Source: Geosiphon pyriformis uo1
Taxonomy: Eukaryota; Fungi; Glomeromycota
Length of the DNA stretch: 64,000 nt
Reading direction: 5' to 3'
Assembly: GCA_016748015.1 (NCBI GenBank)
Contig: JAAOMT010000648.1
Location: forward strand, 1 to 64,000
Positions 1 through 13,868 of this stretch are shown here, piece after piece (the stretch's first letter is position 1; each line of letters starts with the position of its first letter). A program made the translations under genes and the position numbers. The notes below the pieces were generated by a model that had not been told where the DNA came from, did no database searches, and was given only the letters and a program-made list of their open reading frames with translations.

Positions 1-648
1 ATCTGAATAACGAGCAAACAAAGAAAAATTAACATACCCGTAATCTACAGTTCCCATTGCAACACAAAATGAAGCACCAAAAACTCCTATATAAGGGATC
101 GATGCTTGAATTTTGGAATCAATAAAAGATAAAAAATATAAGATTGTCGAAGTGGTCTCGGCAAGATGATATGTAGTTCTGCATTGAGGGCACCGAACCT
201 AAAAAAATTCAAGATTTGAGTTGAGGCCAGCATAATTGTTGTTTATACTTCATTTCTTGATTTTTATATAACAGCAAACCCTTTTTAAAGGAGTCCCGCG
301 CTGCGATTCACTGATCCAATAAAGTAAGCATTGTTCGTGACAAATTAAGGTACATCTGCATGGTCGAACCCAATCTCCATCGCTATCACTCTCTTCACCA
401 AAGCAAATCCAGCACCTTTTGTCTCTTATTTGATCAAGAGGAAGCTGACGAACGTCGGTCTCTGTTGCGGGCTGTCCAAGGTCAAGGAACATTCCTTCGA
501 TCTGTCCAGTGGTTCCCGGTTGAGAGACCGGGACACCTCTTTCTTGTTGCGCGGAAGTGCCAACCCCAATTGTACCTGATATTTGTACTTGATCTCCAAA
601 TGGCAAGGCTGGGTTGTGAGATTGAGGTAGACCAACACCTAGTGACAT
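1..648 (-). CDS. RING-CH (RINGv) membrane E3 ubiquitin ligase, MARCH5-like; 5' part only (exons 648-280 and 198-38, continues off the window)
   Basis: CWICF..PCRC...HEQCL..W then, after a GT..AG intron (279-199), VRCPQC completes the C4HC3 RING-CH; a hydrophobic segment follows; next donor GTATGT at 37. Confidence 0.85.
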
Positions 649-845
649 ATTGAGCAAGTAAAACAAAACTCAATAGTGAAAGCGAGGCATGGAAGTTTTT
701 AACTTAGAAACAACCGAGTTTTTTCATAAATCAGATTCCACTCTTACATCCTTACATCATTGTCACATCCAATCACCAGTGAGTCAATGACTAATTGAGT
801 TCAGCTAACTAGGTTATTTTTAGTGGGAGTAAAATATTCAAATTT

Positions 846-948
846 AATAAAATTACAATCATTTATTAACTTGAAATAATATTCATTTATAAAAATAAAA
901 TTACAATCATTTATTAACTTGAAATAATATTCACTTATAAAAATAAAA
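846..948. repeat. Tandem duplication, 48-bp unit x ~2.1
   Basis: aataaaattacaatcatttattaacttgaaataatattcaYttataaa repeated with one mismatch. Confidence 0.9.
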
Positions 949-1119
949 AAATTTCTCAAAATAAAAATTCCAAAATCATAAGCTCATTTGAATTTTAAAC
1001 CATTTTTATAACTTTTGAGTACCAAAGACTAGTGTGTACAAATATGCAATCTTTTGGGATTTAAAAATTACGTTATCAAGTTGAAGGATAAGCTTTATCG
1101 GCTAATTGAGAGTCGAATT

Positions 1120-2184
1120 CTACTTTTCCGAAAACTTGTCGCATATTTCCTTCAATTTGGTCGCAGAAATCTGCAATTTCTCCCTTTCATCTTGAGTGAG
1201 ATACACGTCGATTACACGTTCTATGCCATGGCTGCCCAAAACAACGGGCATACTCATAACAGTACCATACTTTGGGATAAAAGTGCTCAGAGGTCGAATA
1301 TGTCGTTGGTTTAGAAAAATACATTGTATGAGAGCAGAAACACATCCAGCTATCCCAAAATATGTAGCCCCTTTTAGTTTGATGATCTCATAGGCTTTGC
1401 CTGCGATTTCTTTCGCGACTGCCTCCTTATCTAAAGCTTGTATTTCAGGAAAATCCAGCAATGACTTTCCACCTACATGCGCAGCATTCCACGCGATGAT
1501 TTGCGAGTCACCATGTTCACCTAGTACATAACAATGGATGGCATTCTCAGCAACCTCCAAGATTTGCGCCATTTTGAGTCGTAATCTAGCTGAATCCAAG
1601 AAGGTCCCAGATCCAAAGACTTGTTTTTTGGGTAGGCCAGACAGTTGTTGGGCAATATAGGTTAAGATATCCACCTAAATATATGAAGTTGGTGTCCTAT
1701 TATTACAAATTTGAATGCATTTGGAATTATAAACCTAATAGAAAAAAATTTACCGGATTGGCGACCAAAAGTAAAATACTCGATGGATTAAAAGGTTTCA
1801 TAGAGCCAATTACATTCTTTAAAATCATATAATTTCTCTCTATTAACTGAATAAAGAATATGTGAGTTTTAAAGATAGTCTTTAAAATAAAAAAATCAGC
1901 CTTGCTTTTTTTACCTGGACTCGAGTCTCTTCAGGGCGCTGCTTGGCACCAGCAGTAATTACTATAATATCGCATTGCCCAGCTTCCTGGAAAGTTCCAC
2001 CACGAACCGCGGTACTAGCAACAAAAGTAGCATCATTCAAGTCCAATACTTGCCCTTGAACAATCTTAGCGTCAATATCGACTAGCAAGATTTCAGAGGA
2101 GATTTTTTGTAACAAGAGAGCATAGGCAATAGTGGACCCAACCGAACCAGCACCCACAATGGCAACACGTGAGCCATTTACCAT
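1120..2184 (-). CDS. ldh: NAD-dependent L-lactate dehydrogenase (exons 2184-1915, 1846-1754, 1674-1120)
   Basis: GAGSVG Rossmann motif, AGAKQRPEETR loop with the LDH-type Gln, VANPVD, GSGTFLDSARLR, GEHGDS; two GT-AG introns restore the frame. Confidence 0.92.
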
Positions 2185-2836
2185 TATTTCTGGATTTGTT
2201 TGTTTTAATTGGAAGACAATAATTTTGATTAGCAGTAAAGAAAATCTTTTAATTTTTTGACGCTTTTTATAGAAAAAAGCTTGATATATCAGGATGAGAC
2301 ATCAGTTGTTATATTTGTGAATCACAAATATAACTTCCGCTGTTTGATGCCAGTTCTAAAACGAATCGATGATGCATACATCCAATCATTCATTCTTGAT
2401 TTACCAGGTGTCTTAAACATCCGACTTTGAAAACCTTAGATGTTATGTACTTCACTTGAATTGTAATAGCCCTCCGAGATCAAAATGGTAAGCAATTGCT
2501 TAGGGAACAACTTGCAGTTTTGAATTCGGTAATCTCCGAGTAACATCCCACAAATTGAATAACTTACGATTTCTATCAGACTATATTAAATTATGTAAAA
2601 AATTCACCGATGTTTATGTTAAAGCATTAATTCAGTGATCGCGTTAGTGTCAAATGAAAGACGTAATTTTCTGGTTGGAATGTTATCCTCAACATCTAGG
2701 CTTAAAATAAAATAGTTAAATTGGATGCCTTCGAGGCAGAATTTTTCGAATTTTTACTTATTCCCTGATGAACTTTTCAAAAGCAAGATGCAGGATTAAA
2801 ATTTTTCGATTTTTACCAGATCAAAGTAATAATACA

Positions 2837-3887
2837 TCATGCATGACCAAATCCTGCTCCGTGAAGCTTTCGATCAGTTAATGAAGATGATGCGTTAAGA
2901 TTTGGGGAAGGTGAAGCAGGAGTCTGGCGATATTGTTGAAGACTGGGATCCAACCGAATTAGATTACGATTACGATTCTTTTGTAAAGTTAAGTTAATCT
3001 GTACATTAACCGCTTCAAGAAGATCTCGTTCCCAAAAACCCATTTCATAATCCACCAAACCATATCGTTCCAATAAATCAGCCCAAGAAACTATAGAATC
3101 TCGCACCCGATAAAGATGTTCTTGTCCTAGACATTGTTGTTGTTGTTCAATCTGTTGCTGCTGAGTTTTCGTTGGCGACCCACTGGCATTTGCTAACGCG
3201 TAAAGCCAACAATTATTCAAGTTTTGCCAGAATCCTTCACGGTCAATCTCGTTATATGGGGCTTTTTCATCCGAAGTTAAACCTGATTAAAGTTTAGAAT
3301 AAGATATTGCATATAAACTGAATAAGAAATAATTTACAACAATCCTCACTGTCCAGTTTGAAATTTGCCCAATTCAATTTATCAAGAATTGCAGAAAGTA
3401 AAGATTACACTTTTTTCCTTTCGAATTATTTACCAAATCGGTCACAATTCATTACGATTATAGAGGTGACGCTTGATAAATTTTCAAATGCGTATAAAAT
3501 TTTCCCTTGATCCACAAAATCTAATACTTTTTTCAATTCTTCCTGGATATCATCAAAAGTCATCTGGTATTGCTGAAGTTCCCGATGGTCCAGTCGTGTT
3601 GGGATTTGTGGAGGTGGATATTGTAAATTTTGGCGTTGATATGATAAGGGTGGTAAAGTATGACGTTCTTGATGATTAGAGCTTTCTGCACGTTGTAAGT
3701 ATCCAGGAAATTCGTCAGGCACACTTCGTTCACCTTGATCAGTGTTAGAAGTTGAAGGTGTAGTATCCATGTTAAAATCAATTGAGGTTGTTCTAGGGTG
3801 GATCGACGGACTAGTATTTATGCTTCGTGGTTGATTTTCACCGCTATTAGTATTTTTCTGAAGCTGACTCGACGCGTCATGAATCAT
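2837..3887 (-). CDS. Hypothetical protein, two exons (3887-3434, 3282-2837)
   Basis: GT-AG intron joins the two ORFs in frame; low-complexity N-terminus, helical core FWQNLNNCWL..WADLLERYGLVDYEMGFWERD; CpG retained as in other host genes. Confidence 0.75.
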
Positions 3888-4715
3888 TTCACCTGGCGTC
3901 TTTATTTGTCCATAAATTAATACCAATCACGTAACCAGATAAAAGGACAATTCCTTCGAATTTGAAAACCTTTTAGCTGAACAAGCTAAATTATAAAAGG
4001 ACAGCGGCTGCCAAAAATTGACATGAGTAATTGAAAAAACTCATGATTCCTGAAAATCTTGATAGCTGAATCAAGAAAAGATTTGCGAAAATAAATTTTT
4101 TCAAAAATGCTGAATCACCATTATTTTTGCTATTCCAAAAGGCTATTTTTTATATTCATGTCTTTAATGCAAACCAAAAAAAAGATTTTTTAATCTTCAA
4201 TTTAATAAAATTGGCTAAGTATTAATTTTAAATGATCAGAATTCAAGATTTATTAAAACAAATTATAAAATAAGTTTTACCTTTATAAATAATTGTAATT
4301 AATACAAAGATTTTCAACCACTTTTTTTAAATTTACATTTTTTTGTGTTTTATTTAATGCATATTTATTTTAATATTTTTTATTTGGATTTAACTTTGTT
4401 TAAATACAATTTTTTTAAACTTGAAAACAATAAAATTAAAAAAAAATTTTATTTAAATAAATATAAAAATTTTTATTACAATATTATAAAAATTTTTAAA
4501 TGTAATTAAATTACATTTTATTATTTTTATTATGTTTTAATTAATAATAAAACTTCTTTCTCTTCTATGTCCCAAATTCCTGAAATAGCGCATTTTTTGA
4601 AGAAGTTTTTTTTGTTTTTTATATCTGTTCTTATCTTTTATTTTGCTCGGTTTTTACAATTTCTCAACTTACCAATCTTTTTGTTGTCCCTTTAATATCT
4701 GATACTGTTAATGCT

Positions 4716-6542
4716 ATGTTTATGAAAAAATTGGTTAGAGGTGCTACTACAAGCTTTGTGAGTAAAAGTCTGAGGCAAAAATCAAAGATTTCATTTGGAA
4801 AAGTTAAACACTTGGGTAACAAAGCTGATTTGTCTTTCAAATTATCTACAAGTGATCCCGGTTGGTATGAGAATATGGATACCTTTTTTAATGATAAATT
4901 AGGGCATAAAATGGGCAAAAACTTGGGTTATGGTGCTGACAGTAAGAGTGATAGGCCATTAGACTCTTGTACCAATACTCTAAAGGCAAAACATTTCAAC
5001 TCTGATATGGTGAAGGCTCTATCTTTGGGTCTCTGTAATTTTGGCTCTGTTATTGACAACATTAACATGAACTTACTTCCTCCTGTTTCTTTGAAATTTC
5101 TTTTTCATCTGGTTGCTTTTGTTAAGAAAAAACTCTGTTTTGAACCAACCAAATCTTTTGCAGTCAACATTGGTCTGTTGGCTGTTCCCAAAAGTACTCT
5201 ACATGACAAACTCAAGGGTGTCTAGAAGCTATTCTACAAAATTGATGGTTTTGGAGATGCATCAATTTCTTTGAAATTTTCAGGCATTATTAAGATGTCT
5301 TTCATGTCTGAATTTAGTCTTGCTTTGGTTAAACAATTGGTTGTGTTTGAGAATCTTGTTGTCAATGCTGATCTAAAAAAGATCAGCATATGATTGGATT
5401 AGGAAATCATTATCAAAAAGATTCCAGTTGATCTGTCCAAATTGGTGATTGAGTCAGCTTTGGTTAAGTATGAAAAAATTTTTTCAATTAAAATACAGCT
5501 GATTGGCCTTTGGCAGAAAGCACTGGTAGAATTTGAGAGTTCTTAAGTCGCTGACTTGGTTGTATTTAAATAATTAATCTTGCTGGGTAAGAATTCGGCA
5601 CATGTTACCAAAGCCAATACTGACAAACAAACATGGGATTTAAGGAACAGCTATTGTACTCTTCTATATACTTTGCCAATGGGCATGACTGCTTACAATT
5701 TTTTGGATTTGGTCTGATTATATGGTGAGAAAACTTGCTATATTTCTAAAAACTCGGTGTTTTATGTATGAGCCTACTGTGCTGTCATATGTTTTATTTC
5801 TGAAAATACCAAAAAGACTGCCATTTGCTCTATACTGGTGTTTAAGGGTGTTAACCTCATCTGGGCTGGTTTGTTTTCTCCTAAGTATACTGTATATGGT
5901 AATTTTGGTCATATTTCCTCTAGATGTAACAGTGGTGAAAAAAACATTGAACAGAGTTTCAAAAAAAGATTTCTTTGTTCTGATTCAGATAAGAAGCACC
6001 TTGTGCTTATTTATGCCAAAAAACAAGCTCCTGTGTCTTGTCCAGTCTTCTTTGGTGGTGTGACTTGGACTTTTGTGGTAAGTGACTTCTCTAAAAATTT
6101 ATCTTCTATACTGTTTGTTGAGACCAATTCAGGCATAGGGTCAGTCGATGGTTCGACATCTGTGGTTATAATTCTGGCTTCATATATTAGTGTCCTTAAG
6201 CATTTGCTTGAGAATGTGTTTGACCAGATGGCTGACATTTTACATAAACTGAACAGATTGCTGGCTGTTTTGTTGGCAAATTTTACTGTTTTGCCCATTT
6301 TTAAACATAATCCAGTGCTGGACATGGCTGTTGACACTCCATTATTTGTTCCTTCTGTGCTTAGTGTGGTTACTGCCATCTCTCAGAATATTTCTCCAAG
6401 TGGTTTCCAAGTTTTAACTGTGAAAGTAAGTGGCCTGGAAGCTAACCTGGTGGTTCTAGAGAATTTAATTAAAGCAACAATGAATAAGTTGAACTCTTTT
6501 GGTTCTGATAGTAGTGTGATAACTCTTTTCCTTCCCCAATAA
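4716..6542 (+). pseudogene. LINE-a ORF1 relic
   Basis: Collinear with ORF1 of LINE-c and LINE-d; degenerate CCHC knuckle (YTVYGNFGHISSRC); many in-frame stops. Confidence 0.75.
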
Positions 6543-9500
6543 GTAGTTTAGCTTGGAAAATTGCTACTTGTAATGTTAAAAGTATGAATGTTCCTGCTAA
6601 GCAGAATAACATTATTAGATAGCACACAGTTTCGAATAATAATATTTCAATAGTTACTGAAACTAAGCTTTGTTCTAGTGTCAAGCCTTAAATTGCAAAT
6701 AAGTTTCCTGATGTAAGGGTGTTTACTTCAGGTCTGGATGCTAAGTTTTTAGGTGTGAGCATCACTTTAATCATAAATAAAAATTTAGCCAAATATGTTC
6801 CAAAAATTTTTGAAATTCTGGGTAGACTTTTGATGGTTTGTTTGCTATTCAAAAACAAACAATCTGTTTTTGTGTTGGGTTTATATGCAGAAGCTTCACT
6901 GGATAGATGTATAATTTAGACTGGTTTTGTTAATTTCTTTATAACCAGAGCTCATAATGAGAGTACTTTTGTTATATTAAGTGGTAATTTTAATAAAAAT
7001 GGAAACAAACATAGCTCTAACTTTAGTAAGTGTGTGGATTTAAATCTAGTTAATACATTAGTTAATAGTTTTTATATTAAAACTTCTACTTGGAGGAATT
7101 CTAAAGGTGTTAAAAAGACTATTGACTACATTTTTGTTTCACAGAGTTTGAATAATGCTTTAGTAAATGGTCAAGTTGTGGATGTGGATGAGTTTTTTAG
7201 CACTAATTATAGTTTTGTTCAAATCATGATTGGTCTTAGTGGAATTTTAGATTCTGTTTTAAGGGCTATTTGTGTTCAAGCCAATAAAGACAAGTAGAAA
7301 TTTAATGTTAAAAATGCTGATGGGGTTAAATGGAAATGGTATAGGACTGCATCTCATGACAATTTTGTTATGTTTTTTGATGAGTTTGCAGATTTTCATT
7401 GTTCGTCTAATTTGGACAGCATGTGGAGTGTTGTTCATAAAGCCATTTGTTTTTCAGCAAGTGAAGTTTTCTTGAAAACCTAGTCTAAAGATTTTGATGA
7501 TGGCTTTACCAAGTGTTTTTCTTACTATCATAGATTAGAACTTTTGGTTTCTAAGTTGATAAAAACTTCATGTTCTGTGTCATCTGATAAGTTTGTCTCT
7601 CTTTTGAACATTTGGGTGTCTTTGGATTCTGTTAATGCTTCTATTATCAAATCTTTTTTTTTTTTGGGATCTCATTTTGATACTATTAGATCAGCTTTGG
7701 CAAAGATTAGAAAGTCTTATTGTTCCCTCAAAATAATGGAATTGAAATGTGCTAAGAATTCTCAAATTAGACTGGTAATTGACAAAAGAATGGAAAACTT
7801 TGAGTTGAATAAGAGCCAAACTATTAGAAGTGTACTTGAGCAGCCATTTTGCAAAGTTATATTGGATCACCTGGTTGTAAATGATGACCTTATTTTGGAG
7901 CCTAACTTGGTTAAATTTCATATTGATAGGATAATGGAAGACTGGACCAGAAAGTGTGTGGTAATTAAAGACGTTTTAGATGAATGATCTTGTCAATTTC
8001 AACTCTTGGAGTATGTTTTCAATAATGCCTTCTTGAATATTATACATTCAATTGAGGTGGATGAATTTCTTGGTGTGGTTTTGAATTTGCTTAATAATAA
8101 AGCTGCCAGTCTTTTTGGTATTACAAATGAGCTGTAGAAACATTGTGACAGGTTTGTTCTGGATTCGCTTTTGGTGCTTTTAAATTTTTGTTTGATTTGT
8201 GAGTCTGTTCCAGGTTCTTAGAAGGAGGTCTGGGTGTCTATGATTCCTAAACCTTATGACTGGGAGGGAGTTTTTATGAATATCCGACTTATTGCACTAA
8301 TTAAGACTGCTTATAAAATTTTTTCCAAGATTCTCTCTGACAGGATCTCTATAGTGTATAATAAGTATGACATTTTTCATGGTAACAACTTCTTGGTTCT
8401 TAAAAGTATAACAATACAGTTTCCTATTTTTGCTATCAGTTTGGTGGTCAAAGATGCATTAGAGAAGAATTGCGAACTTTGGTTAGTTTTGCAAGACATA
8501 AGAAAAGTGTATGATTTGGTTGGTTGGGAACATCTGAAAAAAAGCTTGGTCAGAATCAAAATATACAGTAGATTTATAATATTTTTTGGGAGTATTCATA
8601 ATAATTGCATAAACAGAGTGATGACTGATTTTAGATTAACTGATGATTTTAGTGTTTATGATGGCTTGGACCAGGAGGAAGTGTTTTCACCTCTCCTTCG
8701 GCATATTTTTTATGACACTTTGCTGTGCAAGGTAAAGAGACAAGAAACAGTGTGTGATTACAGACTGAATTTGTATTATGTTGCCAAAACTGGTCATGTA
8801 GATCTCCAAAATGGTTTGATCTCTTTTCTTGCTACAGGTGCATTTGTTGATGATACTATATGGGTTGGTTCTAATCAAGCGGCTACACAACATATTCTTA
8901 ATGTTGTCAGTAAATTTTTCAGGATGAATGATATCTTGATCAACAATGACAAGACTGTAGTAATTCTGATTAATTGTAGAGTAGTGGCTCTTTTTTTATC
9001 TGTCAATAACACTCCTATTTCCATCACCAAAAAAAAAGTGTCTTATTAATATCTGGGTATTTTTTTCTTTTCTAATGGGTTATCTAAGCCTAGCTTGGCC
9101 AAAGCACATTCGGATGTTTGGTTTTTTGCCAATTTTGTTCTGAAGAAAGCGATTTCAGACAAACAGTTTTCTTACTTGGTTTCAGCAGTTCTTTATTTTA
9201 TCATTGGTTACAGGACTTAGTTTAGCTTTGTGTCTGCTAGTGTATACCAAAAGTGAAATGTTTTAATTTAGAAGAGCATGAAACTAAAATTAAGTCTGTT
9301 CTTAAACTTTTCTAACAATGTCTTGTATTACTCTTCATTTTATGGCTTAAAGACTTTTGAGCAAATCCAGGCCAAAGGCAAGATTGTGGTTGTGGTATGC
9401 TTTACTAATTCTGTTAGAATTTTGGGCTGATTGTTCATACATAGGTCATATGACTTATAGGTTTTAAGTTGGTGTCTAGTACATTTCTTGTGTTCTTCAG

Positions 9501-11221
9501 TTTGCATTAGTGTTAATCCTTTGAACAACTTTTTGGCAGATATGGTTTGGGTCTTTCTTGATTCTGGTTTATTTTCAGGTAATTTTATATCTAATGCTTT
9601 TCGCTTTTGGGATAAAACTCCTTTATCTGAGATCCTTGACAGGTCAATGTATTTCAGATGTCTTCCCTTCTTTTATTATTATAGAATTGCTTTTGTTGAG
9701 CAGCTTTGGTGTTGAAATGGTGCTGTTTTTGATTGGAAGACTTTCAAGCAGAGGAAGAAGTTTGACTCATATGGTCCTGTTCTTGTTTAGTTTGTTACTA
9801 CTGTTTGGCATTTCTATGATTCTGGCTTTCTTGATGTCAGCTCTTCCTCTCCAGATGTTGTTGCTGCTAAAAACATTCTTGAATCTTATGAGTTTAGGTC
9901 AGTACATGATTGGTTGTTTGGCATTGGTGCCTCTGGCTTTTTTGTATACACAGATAGTTCTTTTTGTAGCTTGGAAAGTGTTGATATAAAAGCTGGTGCT
10001 GCTGCATTCTTTGAGGACATTAACTTAGGTCTTAGGGTGGAGGTGTCTGGTATGGTGTCTTCTACATTGGCAGAGCTTTAAGCCATTGCATTGGCCCTTA
10101 AGTGTGTGCTCAATTCAAGTTCAGTCCATCTATTTTCTGACAGCCAAGCTGCTTTGGATGTATGTAAATCTGAATTATTGTTGTTGGTTTTGGATTTTTG
10201 GAACAAATGTTGGGTTGAGTGTCAACACATTGCTGGCATTATATGTGAAAGAAATTTGAATGTTGGCTGGCATAAAGTTAAAAAACATTCAGGTGTTTTG
10301 GGTAGAGCTGACTTTCTTGCTTGCATTTCTTCCCATTTAGGCTGGCTCCTTTCTCCCTGGCTTAAGAAATGTTTTGTTTTGGCTAATGGCAGTATTGTTT
10401 CTGGAAACTCTAGACACTTTGTGTGTGATATTTTTTGGTCTATTTATTGTGCATGCTGAGAATTAGGCTTTGGTACCAAAATTGTGGACAGTCATCTACT
10501 TACAGATATTGATTGGTTTAAATTGTCCCTTGTTTGGCATCCTAATTCCCACATGGCTGCTGGCTTTACAAGTCGTTACTCTACTGGCTCCTATTCCTAT
10601 TTTATGAAAGCTTTATATTATAGATTGCTTATTGCTGTTCGCAAATGCTTCTATGATAAACATTATCCCAGTATAGTGTGCCTGTATTGTGACAATGTCG
10701 AGGTGTTGGATCATGTTTTTTCTTATGTATTTGATGCAGCTGCTTGGTTTCAATTGTTCATTGATTTTGCTTTTGCTTGGAGAGCTATTTCTGGTCTATT
10801 TCATGCCTCCTCTTGTGTATTACAAATGTTATTTAATTGTTTGGCTAATTTGGAATTGGTTGCTTTGTTGTGCAAAGATTTTGTGCTTGTGGATTGGTAC
10901 TAGGAGGCCATTTTCTGCTTTGATAACTCTAAGATTGCATCTGGTAAAGTAGTTGAGTTTGTTCATGGTTTGTGCCTGTTTTTTAGAAATGATATTTGGC
11001 TGGTCCACTTTAAGCATCATGCTTTTATGAAGAAACATGATCTGATCCCTCATAATAGTTCAATCTCTGTCTCAGTATCTGGTGGTGTGTTGATGCTTTT
11101 GGTCTAAGTGATTAAGTTGCTTAGTATTGATGATGCATTTGGTGTTAGTTTTGGGCTGTGCAGTTTCTGTAGGTTTTTTTTAGATATAGGTAATTTAGTT
11201 TTTGTGTACATGAGTATATAG
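6539..11221 (+). pseudogene. LINE-a ORF2 relic: APE endonuclease, RT, RNase H, C-terminal Zn finger
   Basis: WKIATCNV, VTETKL, IDYIFVS (EN); LQDIRKVYD, GLDQEE..SPLL, AFVDDT (RT); VYTDSS, LAEL, FSDSQAAL, HKVKKHSG (RNase H); CLYCDNVEVLDH. Confidence 0.88.
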
Positions 11222-12499
11222 TGTAGTTTTGGTTGGCTTGAGTGACTAGTCACATATAGGAAAAGCATAATTCACATTTAGTATAGATCATTATTTTGAT
11301 GTACAGTAAACTCTCTCTATAGTCTCTCTGACTATAGTCACTATCTTCTTATAATCACATTTTTTTAAAAACCAAAACCATTTATATATAATATTATTTT
11401 CTTATAGTCACTTTTACTATATATATCTTCTTATAGTCCCTATTCCCACAAATATAATAGCAAAATATAAGTAATTTCTACTCTCTATAGTCATATTATA
11501 ATTATATAATATTAGATATAAACATTAAATGTTATCTCATATTTAATTAGACATGTACAATCAAGGAGATTTCCCAATTTGTCAATAGAAATTATTCTTT
11601 TTATTGTAGTAAAAAAAATTAGAGAAGTTTCTGAAAACAATTATAGAACACTAAACAAAATTTCTGAAATATTATAATATTCAATTACTCTTCTTTTTTA
11701 TAAGCTACTACTGCCATCAGAAGACAATGATAGAACTATTATATTTGGCTTGTTGTTTGCGGGTATTATAAGAGTTTTAATAATAGTTGACATATGGTAC
11801 AGTACTGTTGTTTTTGGTGCTTTGGAGACTGGTGGTACTTCAAAGGCTGATAGTGTTTTGGAGGCTGTTGCTGCAGGTATTGATAAAGTTACTTTGGATC
11901 AAACTTTGGCTAATGAAATTACTTTTTCTCCATATTGGAAGAAGAAATTAACAGATCTACAAGTAAGAATAATGGTCCAATGGGATCTTCTAAGAACAAG
12001 TTTGTTAATGGGACATTGCTCAAATAAATCAACTGGGAATGGAGTTCAAATTTACCTTTCCTTAGGAAGAGAAATGTGATTAGTAATAAAACTCAGAGCA
12101 TAAGAATTCTAATATATACTCAATAAATACATTTTCACACCAACTTTGGCATCCGTGATTAAAAAAGGACTCCATACTAGCAATCATATTCATCATTTAA
12201 CCAATATTTAGTATTAACAAACAAAAGTTTGACTGATAGTTTTAAAGATATATTAAAAATCAACTTTTTTGGAGCAAATAAATCCATGTTAAATGCTTTC
12301 ATAATTCAAACATAATTATGCAGAATGGAGATTCGGATCTAAACTCAACATATCATGTTTTAAAAATGCCAATTATAAATGGTAATACACCCAATTTAAG
12401 ATAAACAAAACTATACACAATACAATATATTTCTAACTTCTTAAAGGATATTTATTAGGCTGTCACACAATTAACTTGATAAGCTTTGAAAACATGCTC

Positions 12500-13680
12500 A
12501 CTTAAAGAGGTATTAGAGAGTTAATAATAGATAATAGTTGTAATTTTATTAACAAATTTACATTTTTTGATGATCTGCTTCTTTACTTGTTATTGAAATT
12601 GATTTCCAAGTACCTAACAATGTTTTCTTAATTTGCCTTGCTTTAAGAAAGTCTATTCTTTTCATCCATGCAATTTTACTGAATTTTTTCATTTCTTCGC
12701 TTAATATCTATTTATGACCAATATCACAAAAAACATGATTAGAGACATTTAGATTTACAAACTGTGTCTTTTTTATTTGAACTCAAAATCAATTTGATTC
12801 AGCAATAAAGCTAGAACATGTATGAAACCTGTATATTTCACTTTTAGAATATCTGATAACATTAAAGAGGTTAGTACACAATCTTTCAAATTTGATACAG
12901 TTATGCATTGCAATTTTCCAATGCTGTTGTGAAAATATAGAAAGAATCAATGATTTGAGCATTTTGTTAATTTCTTTAAGTATTGTATCATGGTCTTGAT
13001 ATTGATTTGAAAGTTTAGATCAAGAAATTACAATTTTTTTTTGAATTAGCTTGTAAACTTCAGGCTTTAATCATAGCCATTGTTTTTCATTAGCAATTTC
13101 AATTAATTGATAAATAGGATAGCACCAAGCAGACCAAATTGGTGCAAACATTTGTCTAGCCACGAGTCTTAATGAAGACCTATTGAAATGAACTCCAATG
13201 CGAAAGTTAATAATTGCTTGTAAATAAAAAAAAACTTGTTCATATTTTAACCTGAATGTGAGATCTGTTTCATTTTGGGCCCATTTTAAATAATCTTCAA
13301 CAGATGAATTTTCCTTAAAAACAACATATAGCCACATTAATTTGGAAGTTATTACATACTTATATATATTACATATTGAATCTCACAATTTATGATGATC
13401 AGGACATTTTTTAAAAAACTGTAGTTGACTTTCACTCCAATATTCTTGACATTGTGCAAAGTATTTTATATCAATATTCCAATTAATATAGGCATTGCTA
13501 TGTTTGGAGGACTTAACAACATGACATTGTACTATCTTTTATGTAATTATACAAGTATGCAGAGAATCAAATTAACAGTCTTCATTATTGATCATCAGTT
13601 GGGGATAAGAGACAAAAAGTGTTACAGATGTATTATCAAAATTAGGTTTCTTTTTACCGAGAATCTGTCATTTACACTTA
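12500..13680 (-). pseudogene. Second gene relic inside the pogo element; uncharacterised, possibly transposase-like
   Basis: Reading through stops gives FKKCPDHHKL*DSICNIY..YLQAIINFRIG..FAPIWSA..S*SKLSNQYQDHDTILKEINK; boundaries approximate. Confidence 0.5.
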
Positions 13681-13868
13681 GAATCTTATAGTTGGATTAA
13701 AACCTTCATTTTTATAATTTGACTGCTTTTTATAATCTGAGGCACTTCATATGACATGAGACACCTCACATGTCTAATTAAATATAAGGCAAAATAATAT
13801 TTGAGACATAACAGATACATCAATGCATTATAAAAGCAAAATGTAATAAAAAGTGTGTTCTTATTAAC

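Noticed and set aside
780-794. TGAGTCA/TGACTAA bZIP-like sites upstream of the RING-CH gene
   Set aside because: Short motifs expected by chance; no comparative support
11750-12079. 109-aa plus-strand ORF in the pogo element, and many short antisense ORFs elsewhere in the track
   Set aside because: No motifs, often non-ATG starts; shadows of decayed TE or host coding strands
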